Positions 52,531-60,795 of a stretch of DNA of 64,000 bases are shown piece by piece. The notes beneath the pieces are model-generated. The model was not told the origin of the DNA. It saw only the letters and a program-made list of their open reading frames with translations, and did no database searches. A program made the position numbers and the translations under genes. Origin of the DNA: Candidatus Thermosaccharophagus tengchongensis (GTDB lineage Bacteria > Armatimonadota > Fervidibacteria > Fervidibacterales > Thermosaccharophagaceae). The stretch lies in assembly GCA_032161105.1 (NCBI GenBank), contig JAVHTD010000008.1; one strand, given 5' to 3'. Each line of letters begins with the position of its first letter. The first letter of the stretch is position 1.

Positions 52531-53660
52531 TGCCAAAAAGGAGAATACACGGAAGATTTTTGCAAATTGGAGGGATCAAATTGCGTGGGATAGGAGGAAA
52601 GAGCGGAAGAATTTGCCATATAGTTGCGGGCAATTCTGCCGATAAAGTTGGCATGACTCTGGTTGAAATCCTTGTAGCACTCGCTCTGCTCAGCATAGTT
52701 TTCGGGCTTGTTATATTGCCATTTACCAAATCTTTTGACCTTCTTCGCCGTGCGAGAATTGCTGGCTCACTTGAGTCGGCGATTATGTTGGCTATGCGGC
52801 AAATTGAGGCAGATCTTTCAAGGGCAAGGATTGTGTTTTTGATGAAAAGCCCATATGACCTTCAGGATGGCGAAATAGGTGATGACGATTCCTTCGGTAG
52901 AATTGACATTGTTATAAGTGATTCAGAGAGTGCCCTTAAGTTTGGCACCCCACTTGTTCCGCAGGGGAAAATTGTCACATATTATGGGAGATTTCTCGAC
53001 CCGACCAAGCGATACAGTATGGACCCCAAATCCACCAATCCAAGGGTCCTTTACCGAGTTGAGCACATACCAAATGACTTCGATGGAGATGGCAGATATT
53101 CAGAGGATCCGATTGAGGGGATTGATAATGATGGAGATGGAAGAATTAATGAGGATCCGATTGATGGGATTGATAATGATGGAGACAGAAAAATTGATGA
53201 GGATCCGATTGAGGGGATTGATAGTGATGGAGATGGAAGAATTGATGAGGATCCGATTGATGGGATTGATAATGATGGAGACAGAAAAATTGATGAAGAT
53301 CCGATTGGGGGGATTGATAATGATAAAGATAAAAGAATTGATGAGGATCCATTTAATGCCCCAGAAAATGCAATAACGCCGCTTGATGGAACGGATTTGG
53401 CAGGGCTGAGATTTTGGTATTTGGGAGTTGATAATGACGGAGATGGGAAGGTTGATGAGGATCCGATTGATGGGATTGATAATGATAGGGATGGAGAAGT
53501 TGATGAGGATCCGGATGAGGCATCAAAAATGATAATTGTTGACATCAAACTGCAGAAAGTAGATCCGACAGTTCGTGTGCGAGGGGAGAGAAAATTGCTG
53601 CTAATTCGCAGGCAAATTCGGATACGCTTAGATCCATGGGTGGAGGTATTTTATCAGTAG
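52512..53660 (+). CDS. prepilin-type (PilW-like) protein with acidic tandem repeats
   Basis: G|MTLVEILVALALL and eight DxDxD..DEDP units. Start uncertain. Confidence 0.82.
   Translation: MAKEAMMPKRRIHGRFLQIGGIKLRGIGGKSGRICHIVAGNSADKVGMTLVEILVALALLSIVFGLVILPFTKSFDLLRRARIAGSLESAIMLAMRQIEADLSRARIVFLMKSPYDLQDGEIGDDDSFGRIDIVISDSESALKFGTPLVPQGKIVTYYGRFLDPTKRYSMDPKSTNPRVLYRVEHIPNDFDGDGRYSEDPIEGIDNDGDGRINEDPIDGIDNDGDRKIDEDPIEGIDSDGDGRIDEDPIDGIDNDGDRKIDEDPIGGIDNDKDKRIDEDPFNAPENAITPLDGTDLAGLRFWYLGVDNDGDGKVDEDPIDGIDNDRDGEVDEDPDEASKMIIVDIKLQKVDPTVRVRGERKLLLIRRQIRIRLDPWVEVFYQ
53076..53351 (+). repeat. 48-nt (16-aa) tandem repeat, about 6 units, consensus DNDGDG(R/K)IDEDPIDGI
   Basis: gaggatccgattga(g/t)gggattgataatgatggaga... 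repeated with an alternating 96-nt super-period. Confidence 0.95.
53429..53520 (+). repeat. two further copies of the 16-aa acidic repeat
   Basis: DNDGDGKVDEDPIDGIDNDRDGEVDEDPDE. Confidence 0.9.
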
Positions 53661-53679
53661 CATTGCGAGGTGATTAATA

Positions 53680-56316
53680 ATGCTTTGCAAACTTAACTAC
53701 ATGAATGTAAAAGGTCAAGCTGCTATACTTGCTGTCATGTTAATTACCGGTGTTGCCCTCGTCAGTGCCGGGTTTGCAGCATTTGTTGCCAATTCAATCC
53801 ACCACGCAAGAGCATTGACTGGGAAGATATCTGGGAAAGACATTGCAATGTATGGCATTGAATATGCAATGCAGCAACTTTTAACAAGTCCCGAGGGGGC
53901 TGATTGGCGACCAGTCCAAGATCCAAATCTGCCATGGGATGCATATGAGCAAAGGCGTGGCTGGAATACACAATATGTAAAGTATATGGCTCCAAATGGC
54001 TATTTTTTGCTTAAAGTAAGCAATCGCCCCGACGACTATATTAAGGACGACTATATTAAGCGCTATATTGAAGCTGGCTATATTGTAATTGATTCAATTG
54101 GAAGACCGGAGCCAAAATCACCAGTTTACTACCGCATAATTGCCATTGTCCCTCAGCCGATGATCCAGTATGCGCGTTTCCTCGGGGGCAGGAGAAGTGA
54201 TAATGATAAAGATGGAAAAATTGATGAGGATCCCATTGATGGGATTGATAATGATAAAGATGAAAGAATTGATGAGGATCCCATTGATGAACATGTTATT
54301 GGTATAGGTCAAATTGATTTTGATGGGGATGGGGTAGTCAATCAATTGGAGGAAAATTCCAGTATAGTGACGATAAATGGTGGGATCTTCTCAAACGGCG
54401 ACCTCAGGATCGCTTCTCAATCACTTATGAAATTGCTTTTTGACAGTGCTAACCCAAATCACGGGCTATTTGTAGCAGGCGAGTCTACAGTTAGCCAAGC
54501 CAGGGTTGAACTCTGTGATAAAAATGGTAATCCAATTTCTTCAAGTTCACCCCGGGATTCCAGTGACCAAAATTTTGAAATTTTCCCGTTAAATGGCATC
54601 CCAAGGTATAGAGATGGCTATTACTCTAACAAGCCTTCGCTTGGTAGGATTGATATTGATGTTTATAGGCGCTTACAACCGATTTTGCCGCCAACAATTG
54701 ACGCCGAAAGGTATCGCAGGCTTATCTCACATGATAGCAGTGGAACACAGGTCATTTATATTGACAATACACAAGTCATTTATGTTGACAATAAGGGTGA
54801 TATTCAGGACAATATTGCTGGAGCACCTTCGGGGCTTAAGCCGGCACAGGTTCAATTTTGGGATTGGGTCAATGTGCCACCAGAACCAGAAACGGATCCG
54901 AGAACGAGAAGAAGTGACCCGAAAAGCGGATGGTATTATAACCCAAATGGGGATCCATATCGCAGAAACCCTCCGATTAATAACACTTTGCCGGATTATT
55001 TCCGATATGTTCCGCCGGGATGCGAGGTTGAGCTTCAAGGTGCAGGCATAGTAATAACGCGACATGATAAACCTAATGATGTGTCGCCAATTTCTTATTA
55101 CCCAGTAAATTCGGAAAAACCAGTGGTCATTTTTGCTGAGGGGAATGTGAGGATAAAGGGCAAAATAGATGCATCGCTAACTGTCATTTCAATGGGCACA
55201 ATTTACATTGAAGGTTCGTTGGAAACAGCGGATCCAGAGCGGCAGCATATTGCCCTTCTCGCAAAACATAATGTTTGCCTGAATACAACGGCATTGTTGC
55301 CGATTATAGAAAGGACCACTGGCACGATAGAGATTAAATCCGATGACCCAGAATATTGGGATCATGACAAAATACCGCTACATTATGAGTTTCCGGACTC
55401 TTCGCCCTCCTCGTTAACTTGGCGGATACCGCATTTTAACGAACAGGGACAAAAAATAAGGATAACGCTGCTTCATAGTGGGCTTGGCGACCCAAAGGAG
55501 GGTAATATCTCCATCGAGATCACCTTGAATGACTCCCAGGGCAATCCTTTGTATTGTGCCCCACCTGGTGAACCTTTACATTATGACCCAGACAATGATG
55601 GAAAAATCGGCGAAGACCCAATTGACAATATTGACAATGATGGAGACGGAATGACCGATGAGGATTCGGGGCAACCGATGCCTTGCTACAAGAGTGGTTC
55701 TTCACATGGCATATATTGGATTGAATATGAATTCAAAGAAGGCGAGTCAGTCTATTCCGTAACTGTTAAGGTATTAAATGCCAACGAAATTACATATCGT
55801 CTCTCTCGCTTCAAAGTTGAGTTGGTTGACGCAAGTGGCAATCCGATACTATGGAAGATAAGGATAAATGCGGCAATTTATGCAGAGTCCGGCTGCTTCT
55901 TCATCTTGCCGCCACCATACTTTGACAACATGTTGAACTTGGCAAAGGGTGACGGTGCCGCTCGATTCCGAAGGTTCAATTACTTTGACATTGAGATAAA
56001 CGGTTCAATAGCCGAGTATACGACCGCCGTGACAATGGCGAAGTCAATCGGTTTGAGTGACGAGGAAGCTGTGGATAAATACCGCAAAGTGCTTGATAAG
56101 TTAGCATATCCAACCAATAAAGTGAATGACGATCGCGATGATGAAGTTGACGAGGACCCACTTGATGGAGTCGATAACGATGGCGATGATAAAGTTGACG
56201 AGGACCCACCCGGTTGGGGGTCGGTGCGTTTCAGATACGACCCGTGGTTACTTCAATATCCACCGCCATTCTTGCCAGTCTCTCCGAGACCGATAATCAT
56301 TTATTCTGGCTTATAG
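53680..56316 (+). CDS. large PilX/GspK-like protein with three paired acidic repeat inserts
   Basis: KG|QAAILAVMLITGVALV (no Glu5, as in PilX/GspK), A..GIEYA, VIFAEGNVRIKG, LTVIS.GTIYIEG. Repeat pairs near 54199, 55585 and 56125. Confidence 0.78.
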   Translation: MLCKLNYMNVKGQAAILAVMLITGVALVSAGFAAFVANSIHHARALTGKISGKDIAMYGIEYAMQQLLTSPEGADWRPVQDPNLPWDAYEQRRGWNTQYVKYMAPNGYFLLKVSNRPDDYIKDDYIKRYIEAGYIVIDSIGRPEPKSPVYYRIIAIVPQPMIQYARFLGGRRSDNDKDGKIDEDPIDGIDNDKDERIDEDPIDEHVIGIGQIDFDGDGVVNQLEENSSIVTINGGIFSNGDLRIASQSLMKLLFDSANPNHGLFVAGESTVSQARVELCDKNGNPISSSSPRDSSDQNFEIFPLNGIPRYRDGYYSNKPSLGRIDIDVYRRLQPILPPTIDAERYRRLISHDSSGTQVIYIDNTQVIYVDNKGDIQDNIAGAPSGLKPAQVQFWDWVNVPPEPETDPRTRRSDPKSGWYYNPNGDPYRRNPPINNTLPDYFRYVPPGCEVELQGAGIVITRHDKPNDVSPISYYPVNSEKPVVIFAEGNVRIKGKIDASLTVISMGTIYIEGSLETADPERQHIALLAKHNVCLNTTALLPIIERTTGTIEIKSDDPEYWDHDKIPLHYEFPDSSPSSLTWRIPHFNEQGQKIRITLLHSGLGDPKEGNISIEITLNDSQGNPLYCAPPGEPLHYDPDNDGKIGEDPIDNIDNDGDGMTDEDSGQPMPCYKSGSSHGIYWIEYEFKEGESVYSVTVKVLNANEITYRLSRFKVELVDASGNPILWKIRINAAIYAESGCFFILPPPYFDNMLNLAKGDGAARFRRFNYFDIEINGSIAEYTTAVTMAKSIGLSDEEAVDKYRKVLDKLAYPTNKVNDDRDDEVDEDPLDGVDNDGDDKVDEDPPGWGSVRFRYDPWLLQYPPPFLPVSPRPIIIYSGL

Positions 56317-56372
56317 TGCAGGTAATAAGCATCATCGGCTGCTGAGCAGCGAGGGTGAGTGGGGTGAATTAA

Positions 56373-56936
56373 ATGCGCTATGGTAAGAGTTTAGTGGCTG
56401 CAGCTGTTGTGTTTATTGCATCAACAGCAATATGTGATTTGCGCAAAGGTGAGACTATTTCCCCATTTTCTTTGAGCACTGCCGATGGGCGAGTGATTTC
56501 TTTGGAATTCGTCAAGAGAAACGGGAATAAGAGGGGTCTAAAGGTCACATTGACATCAATTTCGCCGAGCGGGAAGAAAAACCGACAAGAGTTAAAATTT
56601 AAGCTCTTGCTGATTGATTTCTCAACCACATGGTGTCCGGGATGCCATATCTTGCGCGATGTCCTGACGAAATTGTGGAAAAGATATTCAAAAGGCGGGT
56701 TGCTAATAATTGCTATTTATGATGACGAACCCGGGGCAACAAAAGTCTACGCGAAGTTGCACAAAATACCATACATTGTGGCGATAGATAACAAAAGCAA
56801 GGTGACAACAAGCTATAAAGTTGAGGCATATCCTACAGTTTATCTCGTAGATACTTCGGGGACTGTCGTTTCGGTTCCGGATGATTATTCTGAGGCGAAT
56901 TTGAGCAAAATTGTGGAAAGTTTTGGGGTAAAATGA
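56373..56936 (+). CDS. exported TlpA-like thiol-disulfide oxidoreductase
   Basis: Signal peptide, DFSTTWCPGC, YKV.AYPTVYLVD..G. Confidence 0.85.
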   Translation: MRYGKSLVAAAVVFIASTAICDLRKGETISPFSLSTADGRVISLEFVKRNGNKRGLKVTLTSISPSGKKNRQELKFKLLLIDFSTTWCPGCHILRDVLTKLWKRYSKGGLLIIAIYDDEPGATKVYAKLHKIPYIVAIDNKSKVTTSYKVEAYPTVYLVDTSGTVVSVPDDYSEANLSKIVESFGVK

Positions 56937-56938
56937 GC

Positions 56939-56963
56939 GATGGCTGGCGGATTGCCATCCATC
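56939..56963. terminator. hairpin between the convergent tlpA-like and M48 genes
   Basis: GATGG.TGGC / GCCA.CCATC inverted repeat. Confidence 0.35.
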
Positions 56964-56975
56964 CCGTAATGGAAT

Positions 56976-58199
56976 TCAATTGCCACCTAAGAGTTGTTCA
57001 GCGATGAAAATGTTTGTCAGAGCTTTTAGCCACTGTTCTGCCAATTGTTGCTTTGTTAGCCCACACAATTTTGCGTCCTCTTCGGTCACTTCAACGAGTA
57101 TTTCATCACGGGCTCTGATTGCCACTTTTGAGCCATCCATCCAGAGGTGGACTTCATGCCTTTTCAAGCCCGAATCAAGCAAACGATTCAGCTTTTCTGC
57201 GGCAATTTTTGCCCTTTTCACGCCATCGCACTCCTCGCTCAAGCTGGCGAGCTTGCAAAATGTTATTGAGCGCACCTTAACAACTCCCACGACTTCTTTC
57301 CCGTTTTTTTCCACTTCTACGGTTGCTTTCCCTCCAGAAACAACACCTCTTCTGACAATTGGGATGCCAAGCTTTTCCAGTTTTTGCTTGACCCAGCTAA
57401 TTCTGTCCCTCAATCCGGGGTGAGTAGCATTATAAGCCTGCCATAATGTTTGCCCGCCATAGTTGAATGCCTCAATTCTCTCAAGCTTTTCAAGCACGGT
57501 AAGCATCCCGACGGGGTTAAAGCCCGCTTTGAGCAAGTAGTCAAAGCCGTGAATGTCAGCCTCCATCTCAAACTTGCGGCTATAGCCGAGCGTGACTGCA
57601 TCAATCAAGCTGGCGACAATCAGCGGTAGTTGCCTTGCAAGCTCACTGCTTGAGGTTGTCGCTCCGATGATAGCTGCTATAACAACTGGAGCCCACTTGC
57701 GCTCCTCTTCCAGTGCCCTTAGCGCATGCCTCAAGACATTGTGCGCAATCTCATGAGCAAGCACTGCCGCAATTTCGTGCTCACTTTCTGTCATGTCAAT
57801 TAGCCCCTTCGTCACATACACAAATCCGCCAGGGAAAGTGAAAGCGTTTGGAGTTGCACTGTCAATCACTTTGACGACATAGTTGATCTTCGGGCGCTCT
57901 GTAACCGAGGAAATCTTTTTGGCGATCTCGTCAAGCCTGTTTAGCAGTCCCTTATCGGTGACGAGTTTTTCCTTCGCCTCAAATGCCTTTGCGGCTTGCT
58001 TTCCAAGTTCAATCTCTTCGGGTGTCGCTTCTGGCGGGGGCTGTTGGCTGCCCTTTGTGGCACGCGCTTGCGAATGGGCTGCAAGAGAGACATGAAGCAA
58101 TGCTGCTATGCACATAAGCATCATTAGTGCCATCTTAAGCTTTGTCTGATAGGGATGCATTCCCATCACCATTAACTTAGACGCTGCTGAGTGCCCCAT
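56976..58199 (-). CDS. M48 family zinc metallopeptidase, exported
   Basis: PNAFTFPGG.VYV..G, AVLAHEIAH, YSR..E.EAD, THP...RI; signal-like N-terminus. Confidence 0.92.
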   Translation of the reverse strand: MGHSAASKLMVMGMHPYQTKLKMALMMLMCIAALLHVSLAAHSQARATKGSQQPPPEATPEEIELGKQAAKAFEAKEKLVTDKGLLNRLDEIAKKISSVTERPKINYVVKVIDSATPNAFTFPGGFVYVTKGLIDMTESEHEIAAVLAHEIAHNVLRHALRALEEERKWAPVVIAAIIGATTSSSELARQLPLIVASLIDAVTLGYSRKFEMEADIHGFDYLLKAGFNPVGMLTVLEKLERIEAFNYGGQTLWQAYNATHPGLRDRISWVKQKLEKLGIPIVRRGVVSGGKATVEVEKNGKEVVGVVKVRSITFCKLASLSEECDGVKRAKIAAEKLNRLLDSGLKRHEVHLWMDGSKVAIRARDEILVEVTEEDAKLCGLTKQQLAEQWLKALTNIFIAEQLLGGN

Positions 58200-58207
58200 C
58201 TCAAAGC

Positions 58208-58990
58208 TTACGGGCGCAAGGTCTTGCGCAACTCCTTAAGCATTTCATCGGGTATGGTTGTGATGCCCTCCCTCGTGATCGTCTTCGCCAAAGGTAACGC
58301 TCTATCAACTCCGCCAGTTGCAGGGTCTATTCCTGAGGCGATGTCGAGGAGCAACATGGTTTCCTGCAATGCCTCTTCAAGTTCCATCTCATGGAATGGG
58401 TGTCTCCTTCGGACAATGTAATCAAGTGCACCACGAATGCGCTCTGCGCCGGAGCCAACAGCACCATACTCTCGGCTTTCAAACCTTGCCCCCAATGCAT
58501 CATAGAAGAAGATGCGCCCTTCATCCCTCTTTAAATCGTATGTGCTCACGATCGGGAGGAAACCACCTATGCCTTGCATCAACTCTGGAATGGTTCTCAT
58601 TAGCACCCTTGAAACTTCGTTAAGCTTCCCTTCCAAGCTGAGTTCCTGAAGCTGACTCCTTGCGTAGTATTTGAACGAGTGTCTGAGTAAGCGGACTGCT
58701 TCAACTGCCCTTGCGTAAGAGCCGGCAATCGCAATGAGTGTGTAATCATCAAGCTCCATTATCTTCTCGGCTTCCTCGTAAAGGATTGTGTTGCTTGCCA
58801 TCGCCCTCCTATCCGCTATGTTCAGGACGCCATCCTTAAACTTGACTGCAATGACCGTAGTGCCGTGAGCGATTGTCGCCCCTGCAACTTGTGCCTCACT
58901 GTGATGATGAGATTGCATAATTGCGGCATGTTGAAACGGCTCATAGCCATGCTCTCTCAGCAACTCCAAGAAGTCGCCGTGCGCATTCAC
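58208..58990 (-). CDS. prcB: 20S proteasome beta subunit
   Basis: Propeptide then HG|TT with Thr1, Asp17 (ADRR) and Lys33 correctly spaced; GSG; D..TGG. Start reassigned to GTG 58990, just after the UBact stop. Confidence 0.9.
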   Translation of the reverse strand: MNAHGDFLELLREHGYEPFQHAAIMQSHHHSEAQVAGATIAHGTTVIAVKFKDGVLNIADRRAMASNTILYEEAEKIMELDDYTLIAIAGSYARAVEAVRLLRHSFKYYARSQLQELSLEGKLNEVSRVLMRTIPELMQGIGGFLPIVSTYDLKRDEGRIFFYDALGARFESREYGAVGSGAERIRGALDYIVRRRHPFHEMELEEALQETMLLLDIASGIDPATGGVDRALPLAKTITREGITTIPDEMLKELRKTLRP

Positions 58991-58997
58991 AAGTTCC

Positions 58998-59174
58998 TCA
59001 CTCCCCGCTGCGCTGTCTGTAGCGGCGAGCCTCACGAGGGTCTATTCGGCGCATGCGCTCAAGCAATTCCTTTGTGTCCGGAGGTTGAACATCCGGCGTC
59101 CTCGGGGCATCCTCATTATCGTGATGCTTCGGCATCAGCTCATTGGGCATTTGGCGGCGCACTTGCTCTGGCAT
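58998..59174 (-). CDS. ubact: ubiquitin-like protein UBact (58 aa; absent from the ORF track)
   Basis: Hand translation: MPEQVRRQMPNELMPKHHDNEDAPRTPDVQPPDTKELLERMRRIDPREARRYRQRSGE. RBS GGAGGTG; C-terminal YRQRSGE; located between dop and prcB. Confidence 0.92.
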   Translation of the reverse strand: MPEQVRRQMPNELMPKHHDNEDAPRTPDVQPPDTKELLERMRRIDPREARRYRQRSGE

Positions 59175-59189
59175 TTGTCACACCTCCTC

Positions 59190-59205
59190 GGTTAAAATTT
59201 TAACC
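59190..59205. promoter_or_regulatory. perfect 16-bp palindrome GGTTAAAATTTTAACC
   Basis: Read directly between the dop stop and the UBact RBS. The palindrome is certain; its function is unknown. Confidence 0.4.
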
Positions 59206-59213
59206 ATCGCAGC

Positions 59214-60743
59214 TCATGAGTTCTCGCTTGAATTTGCGTTCGCGGAATTGCAAAGCTCAATCAGTTCATCAATTGGGATGTCTTCATCCACCAACTTGCT
59301 CAACACATCTTGTGCATCTTCCCCAACCATGTTGCGAAGGTCAATGGTTCGTTCCACACCGTTGACACAAACCTTCGCCATACCCCATGAGACCTTCATC
59401 ACCGACGAGCAAAAGCGCTCAATCAACCATCCCCGTATCAATGCGCGCGTGTTGTTTGGTGGGTTATAAATTGCCTTTTCAATGTCCTCATCGGTGACCA
59501 ATCGCCTCATTGAGCCATTGGCTTCAAGCGCGTAGTAGAGCCCGTCGTTCAAGTCCACATTGTGATATGCCAAGTCAATTGCCCTCAGCCTTTCGTCGCT
59601 CCAATCCGTCCCTTCAGCCTCAATGAACATCTCCATCAAGCGCCTCTTAGCGACCCAATCAAGTCTATCGCTGAGTGCCATCGGCTCCCTTTCAAGCCAA
59701 TCAAGGACTTCACACCACTCACGCAGCACCCATTGGACATCCTCGTCCTCATCATGTAGAAGCGTTTGTGCAGCCGACAGATAAAGCCTGTGCAATTCAA
59801 CCGCGCTTATCTTTCGCCCATCGGCGAGCTCAACAAGCCATCGCATGCTTTCATCCATTGAGAGCTCGTGCAGCGTTTTGATTGGGTGCGCAATCCTCAA
59901 CCAATCCGGCGCACGCCAACCGCGCTCAAGCAACTTCACAATGATGGCAGTCGTCCCAACCTTAAGTGCGGTGGCATATTCCGACATGTTTGCATCCCCG
60001 GTGATGATGTGCAAGCGCCTATATTTGCTCCTATCGGCGTGAGGCTCATCCCTCGTGTTGAATATTGGGCGGCGGGACTGGGTGTCCGTTCCAATGAGCG
60101 AACTGAAATGCTCGGCACGCTGCGAGAGCTGATACCGCACGCCTTTACCGGCGTCAGCCTCGCTTCCGACTTTACCGGCGCCTGTGTAAATGATTCGTGT
60201 GCAAAGGAACGGTATGAATGCATCCACCACGGCATCAAATGGGACGAGGCGAAGCATCAAATAGTTTTCGTGCGTTCCATAACTTGAGCCATGAAAGTCG
60301 GTGTTGTTTTTGAAGACCTTCACAGTGGTGCCAAGGCGCTTTGAAAGGTTGTGTGCGCACATCAGGATGATGCGTTCACCGGCTTTATCGTGAGCCACCA
60401 AGTCCTTAAGCCGACGGCACTCAGGCGTTGAATACTCCGGATGAGCGTGGTCATGATACAACCTCGCGCCGTTTTGGAGCACTCTATCACACGGCTCAAA
60501 TGCGTCCGGTGACCTTGAAAGCGTCTCCCTATCCAGCTTCTCCTCCTTTGGGTTAACTTCCAAGCGCTTGGCTACAAATCCCCTCATGTCAAGCCTTGGG
60601 GATTCGTGTGAGTAGTCCCAGTTTGAACATGCCTTATGCGGGTAGCTCTCAATCAGCTCTTTCACCGCACACGGCAAATCAATGAGCGAGCATCCGTCAA
60701 TCAAAACACCGTATTCATTTTCAAGCCCAAAAAGCAAATCCAC
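59214..60743 (-). CDS. dop: Dop-like deamidase/depupylase (PafA2 family)
   Basis: FGLENEYG, NGARLY.DHAHPEYSTPEC, KNNTD..G.SYG.HENYL, SQRA, RP.FNTRDEPHA, RRLHII.GD.N.SE, DLAYH. Confidence 0.9.
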   Translation of the reverse strand: MDLLFGLENEYGVLIDGCSLIDLPCAVKELIESYPHKACSNWDYSHESPRLDMRGFVAKRLEVNPKEEKLDRETLSRSPDAFEPCDRVLQNGARLYHDHAHPEYSTPECRRLKDLVAHDKAGERIILMCAHNLSKRLGTTVKVFKNNTDFHGSSYGTHENYLMLRLVPFDAVVDAFIPFLCTRIIYTGAGKVGSEADAGKGVRYQLSQRAEHFSSLIGTDTQSRRPIFNTRDEPHADRSKYRRLHIITGDANMSEYATALKVGTTAIIVKLLERGWRAPDWLRIAHPIKTLHELSMDESMRWLVELADGRKISAVELHRLYLSAAQTLLHDEDEDVQWVLREWCEVLDWLEREPMALSDRLDWVAKRRLMEMFIEAEGTDWSDERLRAIDLAYHNVDLNDGLYYALEANGSMRRLVTDEDIEKAIYNPPNNTRALIRGWLIERFCSSVMKVSWGMAKVCVNGVERTIDLRNMVGEDAQDVLSKLVDEDIPIDELIELCNSANANSSENS

Positions 60744-60795
60744 GGTTACCACCAAGCCCCTTATTGAAAGCGCCACGCATAAACTAACGCAAACC

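Noticed and set aside
53076..53520. Possible CRISPR array
   Set aside because: The units are contiguous 48-nt in-frame coding repeats without unique spacers, and no cas genes are present.
52918..53548. Alternative-frame Met-rich and antisense Ser/Pro-rich ORFs
   Set aside because: These are shadows of the acidic repeat in the pilin-like gene.
58991..59035. ORF-track N-terminus of the proteasome beta subunit (start 59035)
   Set aside because: It overlaps the UBact 3' end in another frame; GTG 58990 with an upstream GAGGA fits better.
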